DNA from: Aneurinibacillus sp.
Lineage (GTDB): Bacteria; Bacillota; UBA5301; DYFA01
Direction: 5' to 3'
Length of the DNA: 64,000 nucleotides
Assembly: GCA_020725425.1 (NCBI GenBank)
Contig: DYFA01000045.1
Coordinates: 4,051 to 68,050 of the forward strand
The notes beneath the pieces are model-generated. The model saw only the letters and a list, made by a program, of their open reading frames with translations. It was not told where the DNA came from and did not search any database. A program made the translations under genes and the position numbers. The stretch's first letter is position 1. Each line of letters opens with the position of its first letter. Positions 17,418 through 26,960 of the stretch are shown here, piece after piece.

Positions 17418-18015
17418 GAAGACGACCAACCTGCTCCTGGCCGGCGTCGGCGGGCAGGGGACTATTCTGGCCAGCAAGATCATCTGCGCCGCCCTCCAGG
17501 AGGCCGGGCACGACGTCAAACAGGCAGAGGTCCACGGGATGGCCCAGCGGGGCGGCAGCGTGGTGACGCAGATCCGCTTCGGCAACCAGGTCCACTCCCC
17601 GCTCTTCGGCCGAGGCGAGGCGCAAGTCCTCGTCGCCTTCGAACGGCTGGAGGGGCTGCGCTACCTCCCGATGCTGGCCCCCGGCGGAACGGTCATCCTC
17701 AACGACCAGGCGATCCTGCCGGTACCGGTCATCATGGGGGCACAGGCGTATCCGGAGGACGCCGTCCTCCGCTTGAAAGAAGAGGCCGGCGACCTCCTCG
17801 TGGTCCAGGCCAAAGAAATTGCCGCTGAACTGGGCAACCCGAAAGCGGCCAACACCGTCCTGGTCGGCGCCCTGGCCGGGTGGATGGCCCGGACCGCAAC
17901 CAACCGCCTGACTCAGGCGCACTGGCTCTCCGCCCTCGCCACCCAGATCCCGGAGAAGCACCGCCAGGTCAACGAGCGGGCCTTCCTCGCCGGGTGGGAA
18001 GTGGGCCGGCGTTGA
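17410..18015 (+). CDS. iorB: Indolepyruvate:ferredoxin oxidoreductase, beta subunit
   Basis: 201 aa. Contains LLAGVGGQGTILASKI...VHGMAQRGGSV. It overlaps the iorA stop by 8 nt. Confidence 0.9.
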   Translation: MPEKTTNLLLAGVGGQGTILASKIICAALQEAGHDVKQAEVHGMAQRGGSVVTQIRFGNQVHSPLFGRGEAQVLVAFERLEGLRYLPMLAPGGTVILNDQAILPVPVIMGAQAYPEDAVLRLKEEAGDLLVVQAKEIAAELGNPKAANTVLVGALAGWMARTATNRLTQAHWLSALATQIPEKHRQVNERAFLAGWEVGRR

Positions 18016-18036
18016 ATCGCGCTGACCTGCCAGACC

Positions 18037-18504
18037 TCAACATCTTGGGCCGGTCCGGCGCAGGAAGCCCACCAGGGGCACCCCCAGTGCCAGCACGACG
18101 GCGGCCTCCGAAACCCCGATGGCCAGTGCCGCGCCGAGGAAGGCCGACCCCAGGAGCTTCGGCCCCGGGAGGCCGAGCAGGTAGGTCAGATACCACCCCA
18201 CGATCACCGCGTTGACCAGGATCGGCGACAGGTAAGCGGCCCAGGACCGGCGGTAGCGGCGGGTGAGCCAGGCGGCCAGCAGAGTGGCGAGGCTGCCGAG
18301 GACGATGTCCCAGATTCCCAACCCCCCGATCACGTTGGCCAGCAACGCCCCCACGAACAGCCCCGGCACCGCCTCGGCGTAGAGGATGGGGAGCACCGTC
18401 AAGGCCTCCGCCACCCGGAACTGGAGGACATTGAAGCTTATGGGCTTCAAGACCCAGCAGAGCGCCACGTAGATCGCCGCGATCAACCCCGCCCGGGCCA
18501 CCAT
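18037..18504 (-). CDS. queT: Queuosine precursor transporter QueT
   Basis: Contains LIAAIYVALCWVLKPISFNVLQFRVAEALTVLP... I prefer ATG 18504 (GGAGG 5 nt upstream). ATG 18537 abuts its SD with no spacer. Confidence 0.8.
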   Translation of the reverse strand: MVARAGLIAAIYVALCWVLKPISFNVLQFRVAEALTVLPILYAEAVPGLFVGALLANVIGGLGIWDIVLGSLATLLAAWLTRRYRRSWAAYLSPILVNAVIVGWYLTYLLGLPGPKLLGSAFLGAALAIGVSEAAVVLALGVPLVGFLRRTGPRC

Positions 18505-18698
18505 CGGCCCCTCCGACTGTCCCCTCACCTTCGCCATCCCTCCGGTCGCCTATGTACGATTCCCTGCTCGCTCGGATATTCGCCAAAGAACCAGCCGCCC
18601 TCCTTCAGAATGAGCATTCTATTGGCATGTGCTGGAGTTCCCGGCAGGATTGTGAAAATTCTTGCAGTATTTGTCACTCCAGCAGGGGGGAGGCGCTC

Positions 18699-19979
18699 GT
18701 GGCGGTCAACCGGCTGCTCGTCCTGTCCTGGGAGTACCCGCCCCACCTCGTGGGCGGGCTAGGACGGCATGTCTACGATCTCACCCGGGAACTGGCCCGG
18801 CGCGGCCTCTGCGTCGAGGTGCTCACCACCGGCCGGCCGACTGATCCGCCCGAGGAGGAGCGGGACGGCGTGAGGGTCCACGGGGTCTCGTTGGCTGAGG
18901 CGGAAGGACGCCCCTTCCCCATCCAGGTCTCGCTCACCAACCTGAACCTCCTGCGGCAGGCGGTGCTCCTCGCCCGCGGGCCAGGCCCGCCGTTCGACCT
19001 GATTCACGCCCACGACTGGCTTGTCGCCTTCGCCGCCCGCCTGCTGAAACATGCTTACCGCCTCCCGCTCATCGCCACCATTCACGCCACCGAACACGGC
19101 CGCAACCGGGGCATCCATAACCAGCTCCATCAGCACATCCACGACTGCGAATGGCAACTGGCCTACGAGGCGTGGCGCGTGATCTGCTGCAGCGGGGCGA
19201 TGCGTGGCGAGCTCACCCACGTTCTGGCCGTTCCCCCTGACAAATTGGAGGTCATCCAGAACGGGGTGGCGCAGCCATCCGATCGCTCTCCGGCCGAGGT
19301 GGAGGCCTTCCGGGCCAGGTTCGCTGCCCCCCGGGACCCGCTGGTTGTCTACGCTGGGCGGCTAGTCGTGGAGAAGGGACCGCTGGTGCTGCTCGACGCT
19401 CTGGCCCGGGTGCGGGAACGCCACCCCGGAATCCAGGCAGTGCTGGCCGGTGCCGGCGGGCTCCGCGGCGCCCTCGAACACCGCGCCGGAGAGCTCGGCC
19501 TGGCCGGCCAGGTTCATTTTGCCGGGCATCTCGGCGAAGCCGACCTGGATCTTCTCTACCGGGCGGCGGACGTGGCCGTCTTCCCCAGCACATATGAGCC
19601 GTTCGGCATCGTGGCGCTGGAAGCGATGGCCCGAGGGATCCCGGTGGTGGTCGGCGATACCGGAGGGTTGGCGGAAATCGTGGCCCACGGCGAAACCGGT
19701 CTTAAGGTTTGGCCCGGGAGCGCCGACTCTCTCGCTTGGGGAATACTGGAAATCTTGGATAACCGGGAGTGGGCGGCTCAGCTCGGCCGCCAGGCCGCCG
19801 CCCATGTCCGCGCCAAGTACACCTGGGAACGGGTGGCCACCGCTACCCTGGAAGTCTACGAGCGGGTCCAGACCGAGTGGGCCGCCACCGGCTGGAAGCA
19901 GGAAGAAGGACAGAAGGACCCGCTTGAGCTCATCGGCCCCCGCGTGTTCGACCGCTGGTCCGTCGTCCAACAGAAGTAA
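18699..19979 (+). CDS. Glycosyltransferase family 4, glycogen-synthase-like
   Basis: The start is set at GTG 18699 (VAVNRLLVLSWEYPPHLVGGLGRHV), 5 nt after GGGGGAGG. The C-terminal signature is EPFGIVALEAMARGIPVVVGDTGGL. Confidence 0.85.
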   Translation: MAVNRLLVLSWEYPPHLVGGLGRHVYDLTRELARRGLCVEVLTTGRPTDPPEEERDGVRVHGVSLAEAEGRPFPIQVSLTNLNLLRQAVLLARGPGPPFDLIHAHDWLVAFAARLLKHAYRLPLIATIHATEHGRNRGIHNQLHQHIHDCEWQLAYEAWRVICCSGAMRGELTHVLAVPPDKLEVIQNGVAQPSDRSPAEVEAFRARFAAPRDPLVVYAGRLVVEKGPLVLLDALARVRERHPGIQAVLAGAGGLRGALEHRAGELGLAGQVHFAGHLGEADLDLLYRAADVAVFPSTYEPFGIVALEAMARGIPVVVGDTGGLAEIVAHGETGLKVWPGSADSLAWGILEILDNREWAAQLGRQAAAHVRAKYTWERVATATLEVYERVQTEWAATGWKQEEGQKDPLELIGPRVFDRWSVVQQK

Positions 19980-19992
19980 GGAGGAGAGAGAA

Positions 19993-21663
19993 GTGACGGG
20001 AAACCTGGTCTTCATGCTCCACAGCCACCTGCCCTACTTCCGCAAGGTGGGCAGCCGCCTCTCCGGAGAGGAATGGCTCTACGAAGCCATGGCGGAAAGC
20101 TACATCCCCTTGCTCGACACCCTGGAGGAGCTGGCCCGGCGTGGCCTGCCCCTCCGCCTCAGCCTTGGTTTCACGCCGATCCTGCTGGCCCAGCTGGCCG
20201 ACGCTTACGTCGCCGACCGCTTCGACGAGTACCTGGCAGCCAAGATCCGGGCAGCCGGATACGACGTGCTGAAATTCGGGATGGACAGCCGGGAGGACCT
20301 GCTGGCCCTGGCGGTCCGGACCAAGGAGTGGTACGAGCGGGTCCGGGAAAGCTTCCACAACCGCCACCAGCGCAACCTCGTGGCCACACTTCGCCGCCTC
20401 CAGGAGACCGGTGCGGTGGAGTTGACCGCCAGTGCAGCCACCCATGCCTACCTGCCTCTCCTAGTGCAGGAGTCGGCGATTCGGGCTCAGCTTGCCGTTG
20501 GCGTGGAGATGTACCGGGAGGCCTTCAGCCGGCGGCCGCTCGGGTTCTGGCTGCCCGAATGCGCCTACCGCCCCGGCCTCGACAGCCACCTGGCTGACTT
20601 GGGCATCTGCTACTTCTTTGTGGACACACACACCATCGAAGGCGGCCTACCCGCCGACAGGAGCAGCGCCTTCGCTGCCCGCCCCGCCCGCCCTCCGGAG
20701 CCTCGGTCCCTTGAGGCCCCGACCGGCCGCACTACCTTCCTGGCCTATCGCCTCGCCAACTCGGGCGTGGTGGCCTTTGGGCGGAACAGCCGGGTAGGTC
20801 TGCAGGTCTGGTCGGCCGACCACGGCTACCCCGGCGACGGCTGGTACCGGGAGTTCCACAAGCGGGAGATCGACTCCGGCCACAAGTACTGGCGGGTCAC
20901 CGACCGCCGGAGCGACCTCGGCGTCAAGGCCCTCTACAACCCGGCCGAGGCCCTGGCCCGGGTCCGCGAGCACGCCGCCCACTTCACCGCCTTGGTCGCC
21001 GGGATGCTGGAGGACTTCGAGCGGTCCACCGGCTGGCCGGGCGTGGTGGTGGCCTGTTACGACACCGAGCTCTTCGGTCACTGGTGGTTCGAGGGCGTGG
21101 CCTGGCTCCGGGAGGTGCTGTGCCGCTGCGCCGTCCATCCCTCCCTGCGACTCACTACCCCCTCCGCCTACCTCGCCGCCCACCCGCCCCTCTACGAGGT
21201 GGAGCTGCCTGAGAGTTCCTGGGGCCTCGGCGGACAGCATTACGTCTGGTTCAACCCCGCCACCGAGTGGCTGTGGCCGCTTCTCTACGAGGCCCAGAGC
21301 CGGATGGAGGAGCTGGCTGAGCTTTACCCCGACGCCACCGGCGACCGCCGGCGGGTGCTCAATCAGGCCGCCCGGGAGGTCCTACTCCTGCAGGCCAGCG
21401 ACTGGCCCTTCCTCATCACCACCGGCCAGGCGACCGACTATGCCCGAGACCGGTTTCAAGTGCATCTCGCCCGCTTCCGCCGCCTGGCCGACGCCGTGGG
21501 GCCGGAGTTGTACAGCCCCTCCTTCCTGGCCTGGCTGGCCGAGCTCGAAGAAAGTGACCGCCTCTTCCCCAACCTCGACTACCGGATCTTCCGCCGACCG
21601 GTCAAAGGAGGAGCGACAAGCGAGTGCGCCAACTCGTCCTGGGCAACGGCCGTCTACTCGTAG
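19993..21663 (+). CDS. GH57-family 1,4-alpha-glucan branching enzyme type (DUF1957-containing)
   Basis: The start is GTG 19993 after AGGAGGAG. The N-terminus is LVFMLHSHLPYFRK, typical of GH57. The track extension to 19450 overlaps the upstream GT4 gene. Confidence 0.85.
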   Translation: MTGNLVFMLHSHLPYFRKVGSRLSGEEWLYEAMAESYIPLLDTLEELARRGLPLRLSLGFTPILLAQLADAYVADRFDEYLAAKIRAAGYDVLKFGMDSREDLLALAVRTKEWYERVRESFHNRHQRNLVATLRRLQETGAVELTASAATHAYLPLLVQESAIRAQLAVGVEMYREAFSRRPLGFWLPECAYRPGLDSHLADLGICYFFVDTHTIEGGLPADRSSAFAARPARPPEPRSLEAPTGRTTFLAYRLANSGVVAFGRNSRVGLQVWSADHGYPGDGWYREFHKREIDSGHKYWRVTDRRSDLGVKALYNPAEALARVREHAAHFTALVAGMLEDFERSTGWPGVVVACYDTELFGHWWFEGVAWLREVLCRCAVHPSLRLTTPSAYLAAHPPLYEVELPESSWGLGGQHYVWFNPATEWLWPLLYEAQSRMEELAELYPDATGDRRRVLNQAAREVLLLQASDWPFLITTGQATDYARDRFQVHLARFRRLADAVGPELYSPSFLAWLAELEESDRLFPNLDYRIFRRPVKGGATSECANSSWATAVYS

Positions 21664-23672
21664 GCTTCGACGACCACCTTCGCCTCCGTGACCTCTACTT
21701 CCCCTGTCTCGGCTCCGCCAACCACCTGCTCGGCCACTGGAGCCGGGTTGGCGTCTGGGCCGACGCGGCCTTCGCCTGGCTCGACGCCAAGGAGGGCGGC
21801 TGGGAGGCTTCCTACGGCTACCGCCCCCGCACCATGGTCGCCCGGTCCACCTTCCGCCACCCCGGCCTGGCCCTGGAAATCATCCTCCACCAGGCGGTCC
21901 ACTACCGGGAAAGCGTCTACCTCCAGCGGTTCGAGGTCAAGAACCTCACCAAGGCTGCCCGGGAGGTCCGGCTCTTCTTCCACTACGATTTCCACGTGCT
22001 CGAAACCGAGGTCGGTAACACGGTCTTCTACGACCCCGAGCTGGGCGCCCTAATTCACTACCACCGGGACCGCTACTTTCTGATGGCCGGGCGGGCGGGA
22101 CGGGAAGGGCTCTACCAGTACGCCACGGGGGTCAAGGAGTTCCTGGGCTTCGAGGGGACCTGGCGGGACGCTGAGGACGGGGTTCTGGCGATGAACCCGA
22201 TCTGTCAAGGTTCGGTCGACTCCACCTTCAGCCTGCGGGCCCGACTCGGCCCGGGGAGCCGGTGCACCTTCCACGCGTGGCTGGCCGCTGGTACGCGCTA
22301 CAAGGAGGTCAAGGCCCTCCACGAGCTGGTGCAGAAGGGGCCGGAGCGCCTGCTCCAGGAGACAGACGAGTACTGGTCCACCTGGCTCTCCCAGGCCGAT
22401 CTGGGCCCCTCCCCCCTGCCCCCGCCCCTGCGGGAGCTGTACGAGCGGAGCCTCCTCGTCATGCGGGCCCATTGCGACTCCAACCGGGGCGGTATCGTGG
22501 CCTCCAGCGACTTCCCTCCGCTCGACCTGGCCCGGGACCACTACGGCTATGTCTGGCCGCGGGACGGGGCGCTGGTGGCGGCCGCCTTCGACCGGGCCGG
22601 CTACCCCGACCTCGCCCAGGCCTACGCCGGCTTCTGCGCCGGCGTCCTCACCGAGCGCGGCTTCCTGCTCCACAAGTACCTCCCGGAGGGGTGCGCCGGC
22701 TCCAGTTGGCATCCCTGGATCCTCCACGGCGAGCCCCAGTTCCCCATCCAGGAGGACGAGACGGCGCTGGTCCTTTGGGCCCTCGGGCAGCACTTCGACT
22801 GCCACCGCGACATCGAATTCATCACCCGGATGTATCCTCTGATCGAGCGGGCCGGCCGCTTCCTCGCCGCGTTCCGGGATAAGCGAACCCACCTTCCCCT
22901 TCCCAGTTGGGATCTCTGGGAGGAACGGCGGGGCGTCTTCGCTTGGACGGCCAGTGCGGTGTACGGAGGTCTCTTGGCCGCCGCCCACCTCTCCCGGCTG
23001 CTCGGCAAGGACCGGGAGGCCGCCCGCCTGCACAAGGCTGCCGTGGAACTGCAATCAGCGATCGCCCGCTACTTCCTTGACCCCACCACCGGCCGCTTCG
23101 CCCGCCAGGTCGTCCTATCCAGTGACGGCCGGCTGACCCACGACCCCACCCCTGACGCCAGCCTTTGGGGCCTCGCCGCCTTTGGGGCGGTCGGTTTGGC
23201 CGATCCCGCCTTCATCGCCACCATGGCCTGGCTCGAGGAGCGTCTCTGGGTCGCCGGTCCCATCGGCGGCCTGGCCCGCTACGCCGGCGACCTCTACTGC
23301 GCCGTCACCCCCGACTCGCCCAGCCACGACTCGTCCGGTAACCCCTGCCCTGGCAACCCCTGGGTAGTCTGTACCCTGTGGCTCGCCCGCTGGTATCTCG
23401 CCCGGGCCACCGTCCCCGCCGACCTGGAGCGACCCCTCCGCCTGCTGGAGTGGGTCGCCCGGGCCGCCGGCCCCGCTGGCATCCTGCCCGAGCAGGTCCA
23501 CCCCAAGACCGGCGCCCCGCTCTCTGTATCTCCCCTGACCTGGTCCCACAGCGAGTACGTGAACGCCGTCCTGGACTACACCGCCGCCGCCCGCCGCCTC
23601 GCCGCCAGCCCACCCGCCGCCGCCGGGGAATGGGAAGCGGCCCCCGATGCCAGACTAGCCCCGGGGGTATGA
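21624..23672 (+). CDS. GH15-family glucoamylase/glucodextranase-type glycoside hydrolase
   Basis: 682 aa. Motifs are GYVWPRDGALVAAAF ... WSHSEYV. An N-terminal beta-sandwich is followed by an (alpha/alpha)6 domain. Confidence 0.85.
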   Translation: MRQLVLGNGRLLVGFDDHLRLRDLYFPCLGSANHLLGHWSRVGVWADAAFAWLDAKEGGWEASYGYRPRTMVARSTFRHPGLALEIILHQAVHYRESVYLQRFEVKNLTKAAREVRLFFHYDFHVLETEVGNTVFYDPELGALIHYHRDRYFLMAGRAGREGLYQYATGVKEFLGFEGTWRDAEDGVLAMNPICQGSVDSTFSLRARLGPGSRCTFHAWLAAGTRYKEVKALHELVQKGPERLLQETDEYWSTWLSQADLGPSPLPPPLRELYERSLLVMRAHCDSNRGGIVASSDFPPLDLARDHYGYVWPRDGALVAAAFDRAGYPDLAQAYAGFCAGVLTERGFLLHKYLPEGCAGSSWHPWILHGEPQFPIQEDETALVLWALGQHFDCHRDIEFITRMYPLIERAGRFLAAFRDKRTHLPLPSWDLWEERRGVFAWTASAVYGGLLAAAHLSRLLGKDREAARLHKAAVELQSAIARYFLDPTTGRFARQVVLSSDGRLTHDPTPDASLWGLAAFGAVGLADPAFIATMAWLEERLWVAGPIGGLARYAGDLYCAVTPDSPSHDSSGNPCPGNPWVVCTLWLARWYLARATVPADLERPLRLLEWVARAAGPAGILPEQVHPKTGAPLSVSPLTWSHSEYVNAVLDYTAAARRLAASPPAAAGEWEAAPDARLAPGV

Positions 23673-23675
23673 GGT

Positions 23676-25838
23676 ATGATGACCAACAAAGCGAACCTGT
23701 ACCTGAGGGCAGAAGGCTGGACCGTCACTCAGAGCGAGCTTGCCGACCTGGACCGGAGCCTCCGCCGGGAGTGGTTCCTCGCCAACGGGCTGGGGGGCTT
23801 CGCCGGCTCCTCGCTGGTCGGGGCCAACACCCGCCGCTACCACGGCCTCCTGGTCGCCGCCCTCCGGCCGCCCGCCGACCGGGTGCTGGTCCTGGCCAAG
23901 GTGGACGAGGAGGTCACGCCGGTCCCGCCCGATCCTCTGGCCGCGGAGCGGCCGCCCCGCTACCTTCTCGGCACCAACGTCTATGCCGGCGCCCTCCACC
24001 CCGACGGCTACCGGCATCTGGTCGAGTTCCGCCTCGATCCCTTCCCCACCTGGGTGTACGACCTGGACGGGCGGCGGCTGGAGAGGTCGTTCCACCTGGT
24101 CCACGGCCGCCACGCCGCGGTGATCCGTTACCGCTACCTGGCCGGAGACACCCCCCTCCGGCTCGAACTCTTTCCCTTGGTCAACTGCCGGGACTACCAT
24201 CAGACGGTAAGCGCCGGTGTCGGGTGGGAGTTTCCGGCCGTGACCGGCAAGGGATGGGTGGCGCTCCGCGCCTACGCCGGGGCCCCCACGCTCCGCCTCG
24301 CCGCCTGGGCCTACCGGGCCGGGCAGGGCGCCTTCGCTTGGCTCGCCGACCCCGAAAGCCCGGGGACGCCGGAGCCGGCGGACTATAAGACCACCGGCCA
24401 CTGGTACTACCGCTTCAGCTATCCCTTGGAGGCCGAACGCGGTCTCGACCACGAGGAGGACCACTTCAACCCGGTAGTCTTCACCCTGACCCTGGGGCCG
24501 GGGGAGACCGCCGCCTTCGCCGCTGAAGTCCTGGCCGACCTGCCGGAGGGGGCTGACCCGGGGCTCGTCCCCCTGCGCCTCACCTCCCGCAGGGAGGAGG
24601 AGGCGCGCCTCGCCCAGCTCGAGCGGGCTGCCGGCTTCGCCGACCCGCTCCTCCGCGCCCTGGTCCGGGCGGCCGACGCCTTCCTGGTCCACCGCCAGTC
24701 CACCGGCACTGCCACCGTCCTGGCCGGCTACCCCTGGTTTACTGACTGGGGGAGAGACACTTTCATTTCCTTCCCCGGCCTCACCCTGGTCACCGGCCGG
24801 TTCGCCGCGGCCCGGGAGATTCTCTCCACCTTCGCCCGCCACGTCAAGGACGGCCTGGTCCCCAACCGCTTCCCCGACACCGGCGAAGCCGCCGAGTACA
24901 ACGCCGCTGACGCCTCGCTCTGGTTCATCTACGCCGCCGAGCGCTATTTGGACTACTCCGGCGACGCCGCCTTCGTCCTGGGCGAGCTCTTTCCTGTCCT
25001 GGCCGGCATCGTGGCGGCATATCGGGAGGGCACCCGGTTCGGCATCCGGCAGGACACTGACGGCTTGCTCGCCGCCGGCGAGGAAGGGCTGGCGCTGACC
25101 TGGATGGACGCCCGGGTCGACGGGCGGCCCGTCACCCCCCGCTCCGGCAAGCCGGTCGAGCTCTCCGCCCTCTGGTACAACGCCCTGCGGGCCATGGAGA
25201 AGCTCGCCTCCCTCGCCGGCCGGGAGCCGCTCGCCGCCGCCTACGGGACGATGGCCGCCTTCACCCGGGAAGCCTTTCTCCAGCGCTTCTGGTACGAAGA
25301 GGGGGGCTACTTCTACGACGTGGTGGATCCGGAATACGACGTGGCCGCCCCGGCCCCCGCTTCCTCACCCGCCGGTCCGGCCGATCCAACCCTTCGGCCG
25401 AACCAGCTCCTGGCTCTGAGCCTGCCCCACCCCGTGGTCGAGGACACCTCCCTCGCCCGCCGCGCCCTGGCCCGGATCAAGCAGGAGCTGCTCACCCCGG
25501 TCGGCCTCCGCACTCTCTGTCGCCGCCACCCCGCCTACCGGGGCGCCTACACCGGCCACCCCGCCGAGCGGGACGCCGCCTACCACCAGGGCACCGTCTG
25601 GCCCTGGCTCCTCGGTCCTTACCTCACCGCCCTCGTCCGCTTCTTCGGTGACGGCGCCCGGGCTGAAGGGCTCGCCCTCCTCCGCCGCCTGACCGGTCGT
25701 CTCTCCGAGGACTGCCTCGGCACCCTCCCCGAGATCTACGACGGTGACCCGCCCCACCACCCGCGGGGCTGCTATGCTCAGGCCTGGAGCGTCGCCGAAG
25801 TCCTGCGGGCGGCTGTAGAAGACCTGCTGCTCAAGTGA
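23676..25838 (+). CDS. Glycogen debranching enzyme (amylo-alpha-1,6-glucosidase, archaeal/bacterial GDE type)
   Basis: 720 aa. Motifs are EWFLANGLGGFAGSSLVGANTRRYHGLL ... LAGYPWFTDWGRDTFISFPGL. Confidence 0.88.
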   Translation: MMTNKANLYLRAEGWTVTQSELADLDRSLRREWFLANGLGGFAGSSLVGANTRRYHGLLVAALRPPADRVLVLAKVDEEVTPVPPDPLAAERPPRYLLGTNVYAGALHPDGYRHLVEFRLDPFPTWVYDLDGRRLERSFHLVHGRHAAVIRYRYLAGDTPLRLELFPLVNCRDYHQTVSAGVGWEFPAVTGKGWVALRAYAGAPTLRLAAWAYRAGQGAFAWLADPESPGTPEPADYKTTGHWYYRFSYPLEAERGLDHEEDHFNPVVFTLTLGPGETAAFAAEVLADLPEGADPGLVPLRLTSRREEEARLAQLERAAGFADPLLRALVRAADAFLVHRQSTGTATVLAGYPWFTDWGRDTFISFPGLTLVTGRFAAAREILSTFARHVKDGLVPNRFPDTGEAAEYNAADASLWFIYAAERYLDYSGDAAFVLGELFPVLAGIVAAYREGTRFGIRQDTDGLLAAGEEGLALTWMDARVDGRPVTPRSGKPVELSALWYNALRAMEKLASLAGREPLAAAYGTMAAFTREAFLQRFWYEEGGYFYDVVDPEYDVAAPAPASSPAGPADPTLRPNQLLALSLPHPVVEDTSLARRALARIKQELLTPVGLRTLCRRHPAYRGAYTGHPAERDAAYHQGTVWPWLLGPYLTALVRFFGDGARAEGLALLRRLTGRLSEDCLGTLPEIYDGDPPHHPRGCYAQAWSVAEVLRAAVEDLLLK

Positions 25839-25862
25839 TCCGATGTTCGCTCCCCGCAGGTA

Positions 25863-26912
25863 TCATGGAGACTGCCCCTCGGAGATCCCGGCCAGTTGAG
25901 CGGCGAACAGCAAGGCGTCGATCATGCTCTGGGCGTTTGCCGTTCCCTTGCCCGCTTTTCCGAAGGCTGTCCCGTGGTCGACCGACGTCCGGATGAGCGG
26001 GAGCCCCAAGGTCACGTTGACTCCGCTCACCGCCGACCACCGGCCGCTCGCCGCGTCCAGCGTGAAGCCGGCCACTTTGATCGGGATGTGCCCCTGGTCG
26101 TGGTACATGGCTACCGCAAAGTCATACTGCCCAGCCCGGGCCTTTGGGAAAAGGGTGTCAGGCGGAAGGGGACCTTCCGCCCTGATCCCCTCCGCCTGGG
26201 CCGCCCGGACGGCGGGTGCAATCTCGCGGACCTCCTCGTCACCGAAGAGTCCCCCCTCCCCGGCGTGGGGATTCAGCCCGGCCACCCCGACGGACGGCCG
26301 GGCCAGGCCCAGGCGCTGCCCGGTCTCGTGCGCCAGCCGGATAACTGTAAGCACCCGCTCCCGGCGCACCCGGTCGCACGCCTCGCGGAGCGAGACGTGG
26401 GTGCTAACGTGCAGCACGCGGAAGCGGTCGTGCACCAGCATCATGGCATAGTCCCGGGCCCCGGTGAGGTGGGCCAGGATTTCCGTGTGCCCGCTGAAGT
26501 GGTAGCCCCCCTGGTTGAGCGCCTCCTTGTTCAGCGGACCGGTCACGATGGCCGCGACCTCGCGAGCCAGCGCCAGCTTGACCCCGGCCTCCACGTAGGC
26601 GTACGCCGCGCGCCCCGCCAGTGGGGAGACCCTCCCGTAAGGGATCTGGCTCGGGTCGGCATTGTGGAAGTCGATAAGGTAGACCATACCGGCTTCCCCC
26701 TCGCACTCGCGGGGCTCGCTTATCACCTTCAGCTCAAGCGGCGACCCGGTGAAGCGGAGGGCGTCGGCCACGAACCGCGCATCGCCCAAGAGCACCACCC
26801 TGAAACGGCCCGCCACGGCTGGGTCGGCCAGGGCCTTCACCACGATCTCCGCCCCGATCCCGGCGGGGTCCCCCATCGTGATCGCCAGCACAGGAGCCTC
26901 CTGTTTGTTCAT
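25863..26912 (-). CDS. pdxA2: PdxA-family NAD-dependent 4-phospho-hydroxy-acid dehydrogenase (decarboxylating), PdxA2-like by context
   Basis: 349 aa. Motifs are ITMGDPAGIGAEI ... GLNPHAGEGG ... YHDQGHIP. It is adjacent to a DUF1537 kinase. Confidence 0.85.
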   Translation of the reverse strand: MNKQEAPVLAITMGDPAGIGAEIVVKALADPAVAGRFRVVLLGDARFVADALRFTGSPLELKVISEPRECEGEAGMVYLIDFHNADPSQIPYGRVSPLAGRAAYAYVEAGVKLALAREVAAIVTGPLNKEALNQGGYHFSGHTEILAHLTGARDYAMMLVHDRFRVLHVSTHVSLREACDRVRRERVLTVIRLAHETGQRLGLARPSVGVAGLNPHAGEGGLFGDEEVREIAPAVRAAQAEGIRAEGPLPPDTLFPKARAGQYDFAVAMYHDQGHIPIKVAGFTLDAASGRWSAVSGVNVTLGLPLIRTSVDHGTAFGKAGKGTANAQSMIDALLFAAQLAGISEGQSP

Positions 26913-26960
26913 CTCCGCCTCCCCCTCCCGGTCGTTGGCGAGCTACTGCCGCGGTCCGCC

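Noticed and set aside
18505-18640. Expected preQ1 riboswitch upstream of queT.
   Set aside because: I found no P1 stem/loop followed by the A-rich ACUA tail of class I, and no class II/III features by eye. This needs cmsearch to be definitive.
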